Shown: one piece after another, positions 47,870 through 55,579 of the stretch | Numbering within the stretch: the first letter of the stretch is position 1 | Layout of the letters: the number at the start of each line of letters is the position of its first letter | Source of the DNA: a virus | Taxonomy: Duplodnaviria > Caudoviricetes | Reading direction: 5' to 3' (one strand) | IMG/VR virus record: IMGVR_UViG_3300043256_000267 | Coordinates: 1-55,579 of that record | DNA length: 55,579 nucleotides | Program-made: the position numbers and the translations under genes | Notes under the pieces: model-generated | What the model saw: only the letters and a program-made list of their open reading frames with translations | What the model was told of the DNA's origin: nothing | The model's database searches: none

Positions 47870-50800
47870 CTACGGAAGCAGCGGCCACAAATCTGTATTG
47901 TCGTAAGTGTCCACGCCCGGTCCCTGCGTTCCGAATCGGTGGACCTTCTTGGCAAGCATCATCTTGAGCGCGCTCATTTTGCGCTGGAGTTGACGCTCGA
48001 TTTCTGCACGCCGTGTGCTTTTGGCTTCGTTCGCGAGTACATCCAACGATGCGTAACAGGCGACTACGTGCTTGATGAGCCGCGAATACTGCGGCAGCAC
48101 CTCGTATACCGTCGTGGCGTCGGGCGCAGTAGTCCAATCGGGCCGCGGAGTCGCCACCCGCGTTGCGGTATCGTATGCAGATGCGATGCGCTCCTGTCCG
48201 GCGCCTGTACCGCTGAGTGTGCGGATCGTGTAGCCGGCGTAGGCATGGGGACGGATGTCGAGCGTGCCGTCTGTGGGGCTGGCTGGGAACGTAATCGAGT
48301 CGGCTGCTCCGGCAGTGGCAGTTCCCGTGTGGATAGACACGTCGCCCGCCGCAACATACAATACCTCTAGCGTCTCGGCAGTGAGATTGAGATGTTGAAA
48401 CCGTAGTATGTTCCCTTCGACCGTGAAGCCATCGCCGCGGAATGTATACGGGTTGGTGGGCCAGACTTCCCACGCTGGAATGCCCGTGTCCGAGTCGATT
48501 TTCGCGATGCGCCAGATTTCAGCCATGTTGCACGGCAGCAAGTATTCCTGTGTACCTTGTACAATCGGGACTTCGTATCGCACGAGGATGGGGTGATCGG
48601 TCTCGACGTTGATGGAAGCGAGAACCTGGTCGAATGCGCTGTGGATGTACTCGATCAAGTCGGCGTCCGGGTACTTGGGTCCGGTGTCAGGTTCGTCGGT
48701 TGCCTTGCGGATAAGCGACACGCACTCGGACAGGAAGCCCACACCAGACAGGGTGCCACTGGCAGAAACGATCGCGGGCGCGACCAAGTCGTCGATAGCG
48801 TCGCGGATGGCCTTGAGGGAGTCCGTTCCGGTAGCAAATCCAGAACCGGCCACCAAGTCAAGGCTTTCGCCCGCGTGCTCCAGACTGTCGGTCGCTGGAT
48901 TATACGTTCCGGTATTCGCTGGGGCCGTTGCCGCTTTGGACATCACGGCCCGAAGGTACGACTCTAAGGTATCCGGTGCTGAAGTACCAAATCCGGTAGT
49001 CAGTGAGGCGAGTGATTCCAGGGCTGCGGTGTTCGCCTGCCACACCTCTACAAGGTCACCCGAGCCGGGAGTAAACGCCAGGGCGGGACTAACGGTAAAG
49101 GAAGGGTCGCTGTCGTCGTAGTCGTCGATAGTCCGCACATTCACACGGGCCGTCGCGCGGTCTGACGTATCAAACGCCACCAAGAGCATACTGTTGAAGT
49201 CATCGTCAGCAGCGGTACTCGGAGGGTCTCCAGCCTGCACGTAGACCTTTGTGGTTGTACTGGAGGCAGTGGAAGTGCCGTTGAATATACGTCCCGAGTA
49301 ATCAGCGATGTTCCCTTGATTGATGGCCGCTGACTGGGTAATCGTGACGGCCCCACCAGAGTTGTCGGTGATGTCACAGTTGCCCCGCACCGTGAGGTCG
49401 CCGTCTGTGCATGTCGCGTCCACGATGATTTGCCCGTCTGACTCGTAGCTCATCGTGTCGCCGGTTCCCATGCTGTTGATTTGTAGGCCGCCAGAATAGT
49501 GTCTGAAGTTCACATTCGATGTGGCCCCGGAGAAGGTCAGTTCCGGCGTTGCGTTTCCGGGGACCGCCGACAAACACTGGTCGAAGATGATGAGGGACGA
49601 GGCCCTGATGGTGTTGGTGCCCATCAAGTAGCACGCTTTGGCGGCGCACTCCAGCGAGACCAGGGCGCTCAGGCCACAATCTTCCGCCCACAACATCCCG
49701 GTTCCGCCCTGTGTTCCGGTAAGCGTTAGCATGTAGAACGATGAGTTGTCCACATCTTGGCTGCCCAGAGTGATCTGGTTGCCCATGCCGATCCCCATGA
49801 ACTCCCACCCCTCATACGTCTGGGCCAGCGTGATGAGGCTGTCGTTTACCAGGTAAATGCGATTGACGCCGAGGCTCCCCGCGATTGTGGTTGCCGCCGC
49901 GATTGTGGAGACGGGATTGCTTTCCAACCCGTCCACCCCAACTACGGTATCGGTGTTGGCGGCAGCGTCGTCCAAGTACACGCCCAGACCGCGGGGGCCG
50001 TGGTATAGTTGCGAGGTGACTAGCTGATCCAAAGCAACCCGAGCCACCTCTGTCAGAGTCAGGTTGGTAATCCCCGACGTGGATATGATTCCCCGAATCG
50101 TTACAGCTCCGCCGGTACAGGTACCTTCAATTAGGTTTCCCACCCCCTCAAAGTTTAGGGTGTCAGTCCCAGCGTCTCCCATATTCTCAAGTTGGAGCCC
50201 ACCGCTGTAATCTCGGACATGGACGTTTGAATTGCCAAGGGCACCCCCAAAGTCCAGGATCGGAGCTGTAGACCCAGTAACACCCGAATGGCAAGAGTCT
50301 AGCCAAACGTCACCCGCTTCAATAAGGGTCTGAGTCCCGGAAATTCTACAAAGTTCCAGGTGGGTGTGAGCAATAAGAGAACAGGCCCCCATATTGCAGC
50401 CTCGGAATGACTGATTGTTACCAGCCCCCGCCATCACTCCAGAAACGTCGGCGCCTACCACATGGATACCGACCATTGTTTGACCCCCGAGGGCCAGGGT
50501 CCAGTTGTCACCAAAGAAAGAGTAGGTGGAAGCTGCGGCGGCAAGGGTAATGGAGGAACCGTTTATGACGTGGAAGTCACGCATCCCCAAACTGGCTGCC
50601 AGGGTGAAGGCAGCCGCGATCGTACTTACGGGATTGTCAGCGGTTCCGTCAACGAAGTCTTCCGTATTGGTATTGGAAGCATTGGTATCTATGTAGATAC
50701 GGCCATTCGAGTACCCGACTGTACGAGGCACGATGACATAGTCAACTAGAATTTGATCGGTTTTGAGCAGGGTGGTGCCTGCGAGGGCCACGCTACCCGT

Positions 50801-51547
50801 CAAAAAACGAATGCGGACCAACCCGGCAGTGCTGGTGTGAGCCGCGATCAGTTGATATTCAGCGTCCGCCAGCACGGTGTCGGAATCGAGGGTGCCAATT
50901 TGATCCCAACCCGGAGTGCCCCAGTTGTACGCCCAAACCGTGAGATTCTTTCCCGCCCCGGTACCTTTATCAAGCTGTATGGTAGTGGTAACCCCCGTAG
51001 CGAGACCGTCCCCTCCAACAAAGAATTCGTAGTACACCTCAATCTTTTCGGTCCCATCCGTAACGGCTTCAATGTCATGTGTAACGCCGTCTTTCGCGAA
51101 GGTGCTGTCTTCAGTATTGGCTTCGTTTTCACCGCTGGTAATGGTGAAACCGTCCGGTGATGCCTTGGGGGGCGTGCTAACGGCAGCCGAAGCTGGAGCA
51201 AACGGGTTCCCCAAGGTAATTTCCTCGACCGCCGGGGCAAATCCTGTCTGGGTCACAACCAGAATCACGCTATCGGCCCCGATGGCAAAAGCGGCGTCCG
51301 GCCAGTCCACTCGATACAGTCCCGGTGAGGAAGCTCCGTCCACCTCGTACATCTTATCGTCGGCATGGGCCGAGTCTACGGCCCCAAGAGCGGTGGCATC
51401 GGCCTTTGCAGCAGGCGCCTCCCCCGCGCGGGTATACTGGAGATCGAAATCGGTGATGGTCGCGCCGGTTTCTGGTGCTCCAGTAGCGGAGTCCACAACC
51501 ATAACGTAACGAGTAACGTTAGCCGTACCTTTGACAATGTCTGCCAT
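47870..51547 (-). CDS. 1225-aa virion protein: repeated beta-rich modules fused to a C-terminal head-tail adaptor-like domain
   Basis: Duplicated module of about 240 aa; C-terminal LIRKATDEP...YPDADLIEYIHSA. Confidence 0.6.
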   Translation of the reverse strand: MADIVKGTANVTRYVMVVDSATGAPETGATITDFDLQYTRAGEAPAAKADATALGAVDSAHADDKMYEVDGASSPGLYRVDWPDAAFAIGADSVILVVTQTGFAPAVEEITLGNPFAPASAAVSTPPKASPDGFTITSGENEANTEDSTFAKDGVTHDIEAVTDGTEKIEVYYEFFVGGDGLATGVTTTIQLDKGTGAGKNLTVWAYNWGTPGWDQIGTLDSDTVLADAEYQLIAAHTSTAGLVRIRFLTGSVALAGTTLLKTDQILVDYVIVPRTVGYSNGRIYIDTNASNTNTEDFVDGTADNPVSTIAAAFTLAASLGMRDFHVINGSSITLAAAASTYSFFGDNWTLALGGQTMVGIHVVGADVSGVMAGAGNNQSFRGCNMGACSLIAHTHLELCRISGTQTLIEAGDVWLDSCHSGVTGSTAPILDFGGALGNSNVHVRDYSGGLQLENMGDAGTDTLNFEGVGNLIEGTCTGGAVTIRGIISTSGITNLTLTEVARVALDQLVTSQLYHGPRGLGVYLDDAAANTDTVVGVDGLESNPVSTIAAATTIAGSLGVNRIYLVNDSLITLAQTYEGWEFMGIGMGNQITLGSQDVDNSSFYMLTLTGTQGGTGMLWAEDCGLSALVSLECAAKACYLMGTNTIRASSLIIFDQCLSAVPGNATPELTFSGATSNVNFRHYSGGLQINSMGTGDTMSYESDGQIIVDATCTDGDLTVRGNCDITDNSGGAVTITQSAAINQGNIADYSGRIFNGTSTASSTTTKVYVQAGDPPSTAADDDFNSMLLVAFDTSDRATARVNVRTIDDYDDSDPSFTVSPALAFTPGSGDLVEVWQANTAALESLASLTTGFGTSAPDTLESYLRAVMSKAATAPANTGTYNPATDSLEHAGESLDLVAGSGFATGTDSLKAIRDAIDDLVAPAIVSASGTLSGVGFLSECVSLIRKATDEPDTGPKYPDADLIEYIHSAFDQVLASINVETDHPILVRYEVPIVQGTQEYLLPCNMAEIWRIAKIDSDTGIPAWEVWPTNPYTFRGDGFTVEGNILRFQHLNLTAETLEVLYVAAGDVSIHTGTATAGAADSITFPASPTDGTLDIRPHAYAGYTIRTLSGTGAGQERIASAYDTATRVATPRPDWTTAPDATTVYEVLPQYSRLIKHVVACYASLDVLANEAKSTRRAEIERQLQRKMSALKMMLAKKVHRFGTQGPGVDTYDNTDLWPLLP

Positions 51548-52632
51548 TACTGTTTCCCACCCCGCTTATTTGGCATCAATAGGCCACCGCCCGCGGAAAC
51601 TGTTGCCCTGAGTATTGCTCCTACCGTCGCTGTTTGAGTTGTTAATGTGGGAGCCCCCGGCACATCTGACAAGTCTAACCCGGCAGCTATAAGAGGGGAG
51701 CCAGAATCAGGGGTGTAATCATCACTGCCAGCATCCACAAACGACGGATCACTCGTAGTTCCACCTCCTTGATCGGACCCTCCCTGATAATTAAAAGCAC
51801 AGTCGAAGACATTGTTGTTGAAGATAAGGGCTCTTTCCATTATTGCGGATGTTTCTATCCCGAACCCCCCAACACCTGAATATCCAGAAACGGTGTTGTT
51901 GATACAAAGCCACTTATTTGAACTGCTGGACGGATTTAAGTATAACCCAGATTGTCCAGAACCCGAAAATGCCACTATTGTATTATTAACAAACAACCCG
52001 TAGGCATTAGCCCCGATCCAGTTAATCCCGTTTCCAGAGTTTTCGTATGCCAAACAATTCACTACCGCCATTCCTCCGGTAGCTTCAAAACCAACCCCGC
52101 TATTGTTTTGGCTTATACATGTCACAAGTGTACCGAATGCACCAATGAAAAATCCATCTCCAGAATTGTTGTCAGCGTGGCAAGCTAACACTTCATTATT
52201 CTGGTCTAACGAAATACCGGACCCTGAGTTACTAGCCCTAATACGATACGCTACAACCCAGTCCCCAGCGGCGCTTCCAAAAGCTGTTCCTGAAAAGTTG
52301 GTAAATTGGAAATTTTTCCAGACGTAGTAATTTGTTCCCGCAATAGGGGTCCACCCATTAACTAAAGACCCTATTGTGCCATCATTTACGGCTACCCCCT
52401 CATCCCCAGTAGACGAGTCATAACCTTCAAATACTATAGGACCCGCTGCTAGTCCAGCAGTAGACGTAGTGAGAGCCTCGTTGTAGGTGGCAGAGGACTT
52501 GACCCAAACCTTGTCAGAACTTGATACGTTATCCAAGGCTTTTTGAATAGTAGCCCATGCGTTACCAGCACCTTCAGAGGTACCAGCATTTGCATCATTA
52601 CCTACAGCCCCATCAACGTAATAAGTAGCCAT
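51547..52632 (-). CDS. Right-handed beta-helix (pectate-lyase-like) spike or receptor-binding protein
   Basis: TYYVD...G.DAN.G...AWATIQKA, repeated NNSG.G, DPSFVD...DY; AT-richer than the flanks. Confidence 0.75.
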   Translation of the reverse strand: MATYYVDGAVGNDANAGTSEGAGNAWATIQKALDNVSSSDKVWVKSSATYNEALTTSTAGLAAGPIVFEGYDSSTGDEGVAVNDGTIGSLVNGWTPIAGTNYYVWKNFQFTNFSGTAFGSAAGDWVVAYRIRASNSGSGISLDQNNEVLACHADNNSGDGFFIGAFGTLVTCISQNNSGVGFEATGGMAVVNCLAYENSGNGINWIGANAYGLFVNNTIVAFSGSGQSGLYLNPSSSSNKWLCINNTVSGYSGVGGFGIETSAIMERALIFNNNVFDCAFNYQGGSDQGGGTTSDPSFVDAGSDDYTPDSGSPLIAAGLDLSDVPGAPTLTTQTATVGAILRATVSAGGGLLMPNKRGGKQ

Positions 52633-52687
52633 TTAGAGCACCCGTTCCCCAGCTTGCAGTTTCGCTAACATGTATTTGAATGGCATA

Positions 52688-52990
52688 CTAAACCCGATTG
52701 CTTTCATTGCCGCTCCCCGGAGACAACTTCGGAACCGGTAAAACGTCCTTGTTCATGCGTGACCCGGCCTTTGGAACTTGCACCCCGCGCTTCCAGAGCT
52801 GCGTTTGGTACCGGTGGATGGCCTCCATAACCGTCTGGCCAATTAGCATCCTCATTTCTTTCTCTGACTTTGGATGCCACCCTATCGATTTCGGAGCCGC
52901 GCACCCGCCCATCATAGCCAAGAAGAAGACCATAGCAGCAGCCCACAATCGTAGGCCGTCCCGAAAGGCCGTTTTTTTGGCTTGGCTCAT
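52688..52990 (-). CDS. Small putative lipoprotein
   Basis: Basic N-terminus, hydrophobic stretch, MGGC. Confidence 0.55.
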   Translation of the reverse strand: MSQAKKTAFRDGLRLWAAAMVFFLAMMGGCAAPKSIGWHPKSEKEMRMLIGQTVMEAIHRYQTQLWKRGVQVPKAGSRMNKDVLPVPKLSPGSGNESNRV

Positions 52991-52994
52991 ACTC

Positions 52995-53195
52995 CTACTC
53001 TCCTGTCGCTGGCGACTCGGCCTTTGCCGTGGGCTCTCCGTCCGCTTGCAGAACCTCCACCTCAACGCGGACGACTCGTTCCCGCCGCCCAACAAGGAAG
53101 CTTACGACCCCCGCGATTGGCTTGATGTATTGACAACCAGCCAGTACAACCACGGCTCCACACGCGATGATCTTCAGTGTTTTTGCTCTTGTCAT
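52995..53195 (-). CDS. Small putative lipoprotein
   Basis: MTRAKTLK, hydrophobic stretch, LAGC lipobox. Confidence 0.6.
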   Translation of the reverse strand: MTRAKTLKIIACGAVVVLAGCQYIKPIAGVVSFLVGRRERVVRVEVEVLQADGEPTAKAESPATGE

Positions 53196-54067
53196 TACCG
53201 CGCTCTCCGCGTTGTTCTGGCCAACGGATAAACGTTCTTGTCCCACCGCCTCCTCGGAGCGGCCGGTTCCCCCAAGACCAGGGAAATACCTTGAATGTCC
53301 TCCTCAGCCGGGTTAGCCGTCCAGAGTACAGTCTCCTCAGTGCCATCCAAGTTCGACCTCCTCATGTCTACGGAAGCAGCCCCGACCCACCTGGCAAAAT
53401 ATAGATGTCCGGCTGCTACATCAATGGTGATAGGAACAAACCCGTCCGTCCCGGTGGTAATCAGGACCTCAGCATTTGATCCATCCAGATCGGCACGTCG
53501 TATACTGGACGCGGTAGGCCAATCAGTCCAGTAAATCTTCCCCCCACTCGGGTCCACGGCTATCCCAAACGACCACGCAGCCGGACTAATAATGTCCCCC
53601 GGGCTGGACCCGTCTAAGTTGGCCTTGGAAATCTTGTCAGTGGCGGGGAGTTGATCCGTCCAGTACATCTTCCCCGCAGCGATGTCCAGTGCTACCCCAT
53701 GTGGACCTATACTGGTTACAAGGTCCTCGGGATTAGACCCGTCGAGGTCGGTCCTGGCAATCTTCTGGTCACTGGCATGGTTGGAGGCGTAGTACATCTT
53801 CCCACCCACCGTATCCAGAGCGATGTCCCGGCAGGCCTCCTGCCCGCTCACCAGTACCTCTGCCCCAGTACCATCCAGGTCACAGCGAGAGACTGCGTCT
53901 ACCACCCCCCACTCGCTGTAGTATATCTTACCCCCGTCATTGTCAACAGCAATAGCCTCTGGGGTATCCAAGCCCCCCTTGACCGTAGTCTTGTTGTTCC
54001 CGTCTGCATCACACTTACGGATAGCATCGAGGATAGTATCCGTCCAGTAAATCGTTGCAACAGCCAT
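53195..54067 (-). CDS. YWTD (LDL-receptor class B) beta-propeller protein
   Basis: Repeats of GIA.D..GGK.YWTD....I.R..LDGS. Confidence 0.85.
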   Translation of the reverse strand: MAVATIYWTDTILDAIRKCDADGNNKTTVKGGLDTPEAIAVDNDGGKIYYSEWGVVDAVSRCDLDGTGAEVLVSGQEACRDIALDTVGGKMYYASNHASDQKIARTDLDGSNPEDLVTSIGPHGVALDIAAGKMYWTDQLPATDKISKANLDGSSPGDIISPAAWSFGIAVDPSGGKIYWTDWPTASSIRRADLDGSNAEVLITTGTDGFVPITIDVAAGHLYFARWVGAASVDMRRSNLDGTEETVLWTANPAEEDIQGISLVLGEPAAPRRRWDKNVYPLARTTRRAR

Positions 54068-54073
54068 CCTGAA

Positions 54074-54427
54074 TTACCAGCCTACGACCGTTACGTCGTC
54101 CAAGTCATCGCCCCCGGCGGTAGTAATGAACGAAACGCTTGTTACAGAAAGTAGACCGCCAATGCTGACATCACACGTTTCACCATCGGCAATTGCAAAG
54201 TACCCCGGTCCGTCGTCATCCGAGTCGTTGTCAAAGTCGTTGGTAACCGTTCCATCGGTCTCAGCGTTCACCTTAACCCGCACATCGTTTCCGTTTCCCG
54301 TTCCGTTCATTACGATGCAGGGACGGGCATACGAATCAAAAAGAACGATGCGGGGATCGGTTTCACTCCCGTCTGTCCCGTTTGCAACCACCGTTGGGGC
54401 GCCCGCTGGTCCACTTTGGTACTTCAC
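54074..54427 (-). CDS. Hypothetical acidic virion protein
   Basis: GGGAG RBS. Confidence 0.6.
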   Translation of the reverse strand: MKYQSGPAGAPTVVANGTDGSETDPRIVLFDSYARPCIVMNGTGNGNDVRVKVNAETDGTVTNDFDNDSDDDGPGYFAIADGETCDVSIGGLLSVTSVSFITTAGGDDLDDVTVVGW

Positions 54428-54440
54428 AACTCAGTCTCCC

Positions 54441-54472
54441 AAAAACACGGCCCGACAACGTCCTGCCGGGCC
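54441..54472 (-). terminator. Possible intrinsic terminator
   Basis: GGCCCGGCA-loop-TGTCGGGCC followed by GTGTTTTT. Confidence 0.5.
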
Positions 54473-54508
54473 AATGGTACCAGATCCTAAAATCTTATCC
54501 CCCAGCCG

Positions 54509-54898
54509 TTATGTCAAGATCGGAATTGGGCTGCCAGACTTCTTCTGAACCCAATCCTGCACTTCATGGCGCTCTTTCGCCTCTTCCGTCTCGACTTCCC
54601 ACCCGCGGCGCACGGCATTCTCAAACCGCTTCTTGACATCGTTCGCAGTTACACCAACGCGAGACTTTTCAAGTTGCTTGACCAGCGTCCCGGTCGCAAA
54701 CTCCATGTTCGGCCCGAGGTCGTCTACGTCGTTTGCCAGCCCCCGGTCCTTGTTGATCCAGTAGGCCAAAAACCACTGCCGCGTCTCCGTGTTGTACGCC
54801 GTAAACAACGACGGGTCACGTAGCCGGCAGCGTAGGTGACGTACAAAGTCCGTTTCCCGGATTACATGCTCACCGCGTCTTATCGTAAACGGTCCCAT
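54509..54898 (-). CDS. Hypothetical protein downstream of the capsid/HNH locus
   Basis: GGAG RBS; its first codons are also present at 1..23. Confidence 0.7.
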   Translation of the reverse strand: MGPFTIRRGEHVIRETDFVRHLRCRLRDPSLFTAYNTETRQWFLAYWINKDRGLANDVDDLGPNMEFATGTLVKQLEKSRVGVTANDVKKRFENAVRRGWEVETEEAKERHEVQDWVQKKSGSPIPILT

Positions 54899-54977
54899 CC
54901 CGCAGTTCTCCAATCCCTCCAAATGGTGGGCCGGGCCGCTTACAAGGCTGCACCCAGCCCACCCGCGGGAGGAACCT

Positions 54978-55385
54978 TCAATCAGTCTTCAAGTAGGGCG
55001 GCAAGTGAAGCTCACCGTCCAACCCTTTGCGATAAGTGTAGCAATGACAGTTCGCACAAACCACATCGCACTTCTCTGCTTCCCTCAACAGCGCTGGAAG
55101 GTTGCCCATCAACTCCCCAACGCCACAACGTTTCTCCGAAGGGTCACGATGGTGGAATTCCAGGCAGATCGGGTCATTTATACCGCAGTACCTACAACCG
55201 CGGTCTGCCTTGAGTTGCCATACGACCCTCTTGTTTTCTACGTAACGTACTGCATGACGAGCCTTGTTGTACACGCGGTCTCTATCGAGATTCCGTTCTC
55301 GATACCGACGCCGCGTTGCTTGCCTTGCGGTGATCCTTTCTTCTTCCGTGTCGAATCGCCGACAGGCACGCTTCTTCCTCCCCAC
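54978..55385 (-). CDS. HNH endonuclease, allele B
   Basis: Same motifs and C-terminus (LDGELHLPPYLKTD) as allele A; GTG start with GGAG RBS. Confidence 0.85.
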   Translation of the reverse strand: MGRKKRACRRFDTEEERITARQATRRRYRERNLDRDRVYNKARHAVRYVENKRVVWQLKADRGCRYCGINDPICLEFHHRDPSEKRCGVGELMGNLPALLREAEKCDVVCANCHCYTYRKGLDGELHLPPYLKTD

Positions 55386-55418
55386 AACAAGGCTCCTGTA
55401 CAGTCCAACTACGAAGAA

Positions 55419-55579
55419 TCAAGTCCCATCAAATCCCGCTATTTCCGCAATATTGTGCAGAAGCAGGAAGTTTGGCGTTCGTGGCATCATCACGCTCTTG
55501 CGCTCGGCCGGGGACTGGAGCAAGTTGCTGAATTTCCCACCGTGATCGTAGCGCGTAAAGATGCTATCAAACGCGCTGG
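55419..55579 (-). CDS. 3' end of the major capsid gene, allele B (partial)
   Basis: Encodes the same ...HNIAEIAGFDGT* with different codons. Confidence 0.9.
   Translation of the reverse strand, partial: SAFDSIFTRYDHGGKFSNLLQSPAERKSVMMPRTPNFLLLHNIAEIAGFDGT

Noticed and set aside
52954-52978. GGCC...GGCC-T7 as a plus-strand terminator
   Set aside because: Only a 4-bp stem, and it lies antisense within a gene where the T run encodes Lys-Lys

Overview
The window is an essentially complete, circularly permuted genome of about 54.9 kb from a tailed dsDNA phage with podovirus-like organisation. It has a minus-strand virion arm (terminase, portal, scaffold, capsid, adaptor, tail-tube-like and ejection proteins). 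It also has a plus-strand arm with small early genes followed by replication genes (UDG-PolA fusion, phosphoesterases, ERCC4 nuclease, Cas4-like exonuclease, Sak4-like ATPase, SSB-like protein, AAA+ ATPase, HD nucleotidase). I see no integrase, repressor, RNA polymerase, primase or endolysin. The DNA methyltransferase resembles Planctomycetota enzymes from memory, so the host assignment is tentative. The most notable unexplained signals are: (1) an invariant 20-bp motif, CAACCGGTCCCCACCAATGG, present 7 times exactly plus one variant, in both orientations, inside and between genes, and arranged as four pairs roughly a quarter-genome apart; (2) an early-region array of self-contained promoter-leader-gene units whose -35 boxes supply the previous gene's stop codon; (3) two alternative HNH endonuclease alleles at the same locus, each paired with its own synonymously recoded capsid 3' end; (4) a tRNA-like RNA with an expanded anticodon arm; (5) a 30-bp-arm inverted repeat and tandem NrdR-box-like palindromes. 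All protein calls come from motif recognition and gene order, not from database searches.
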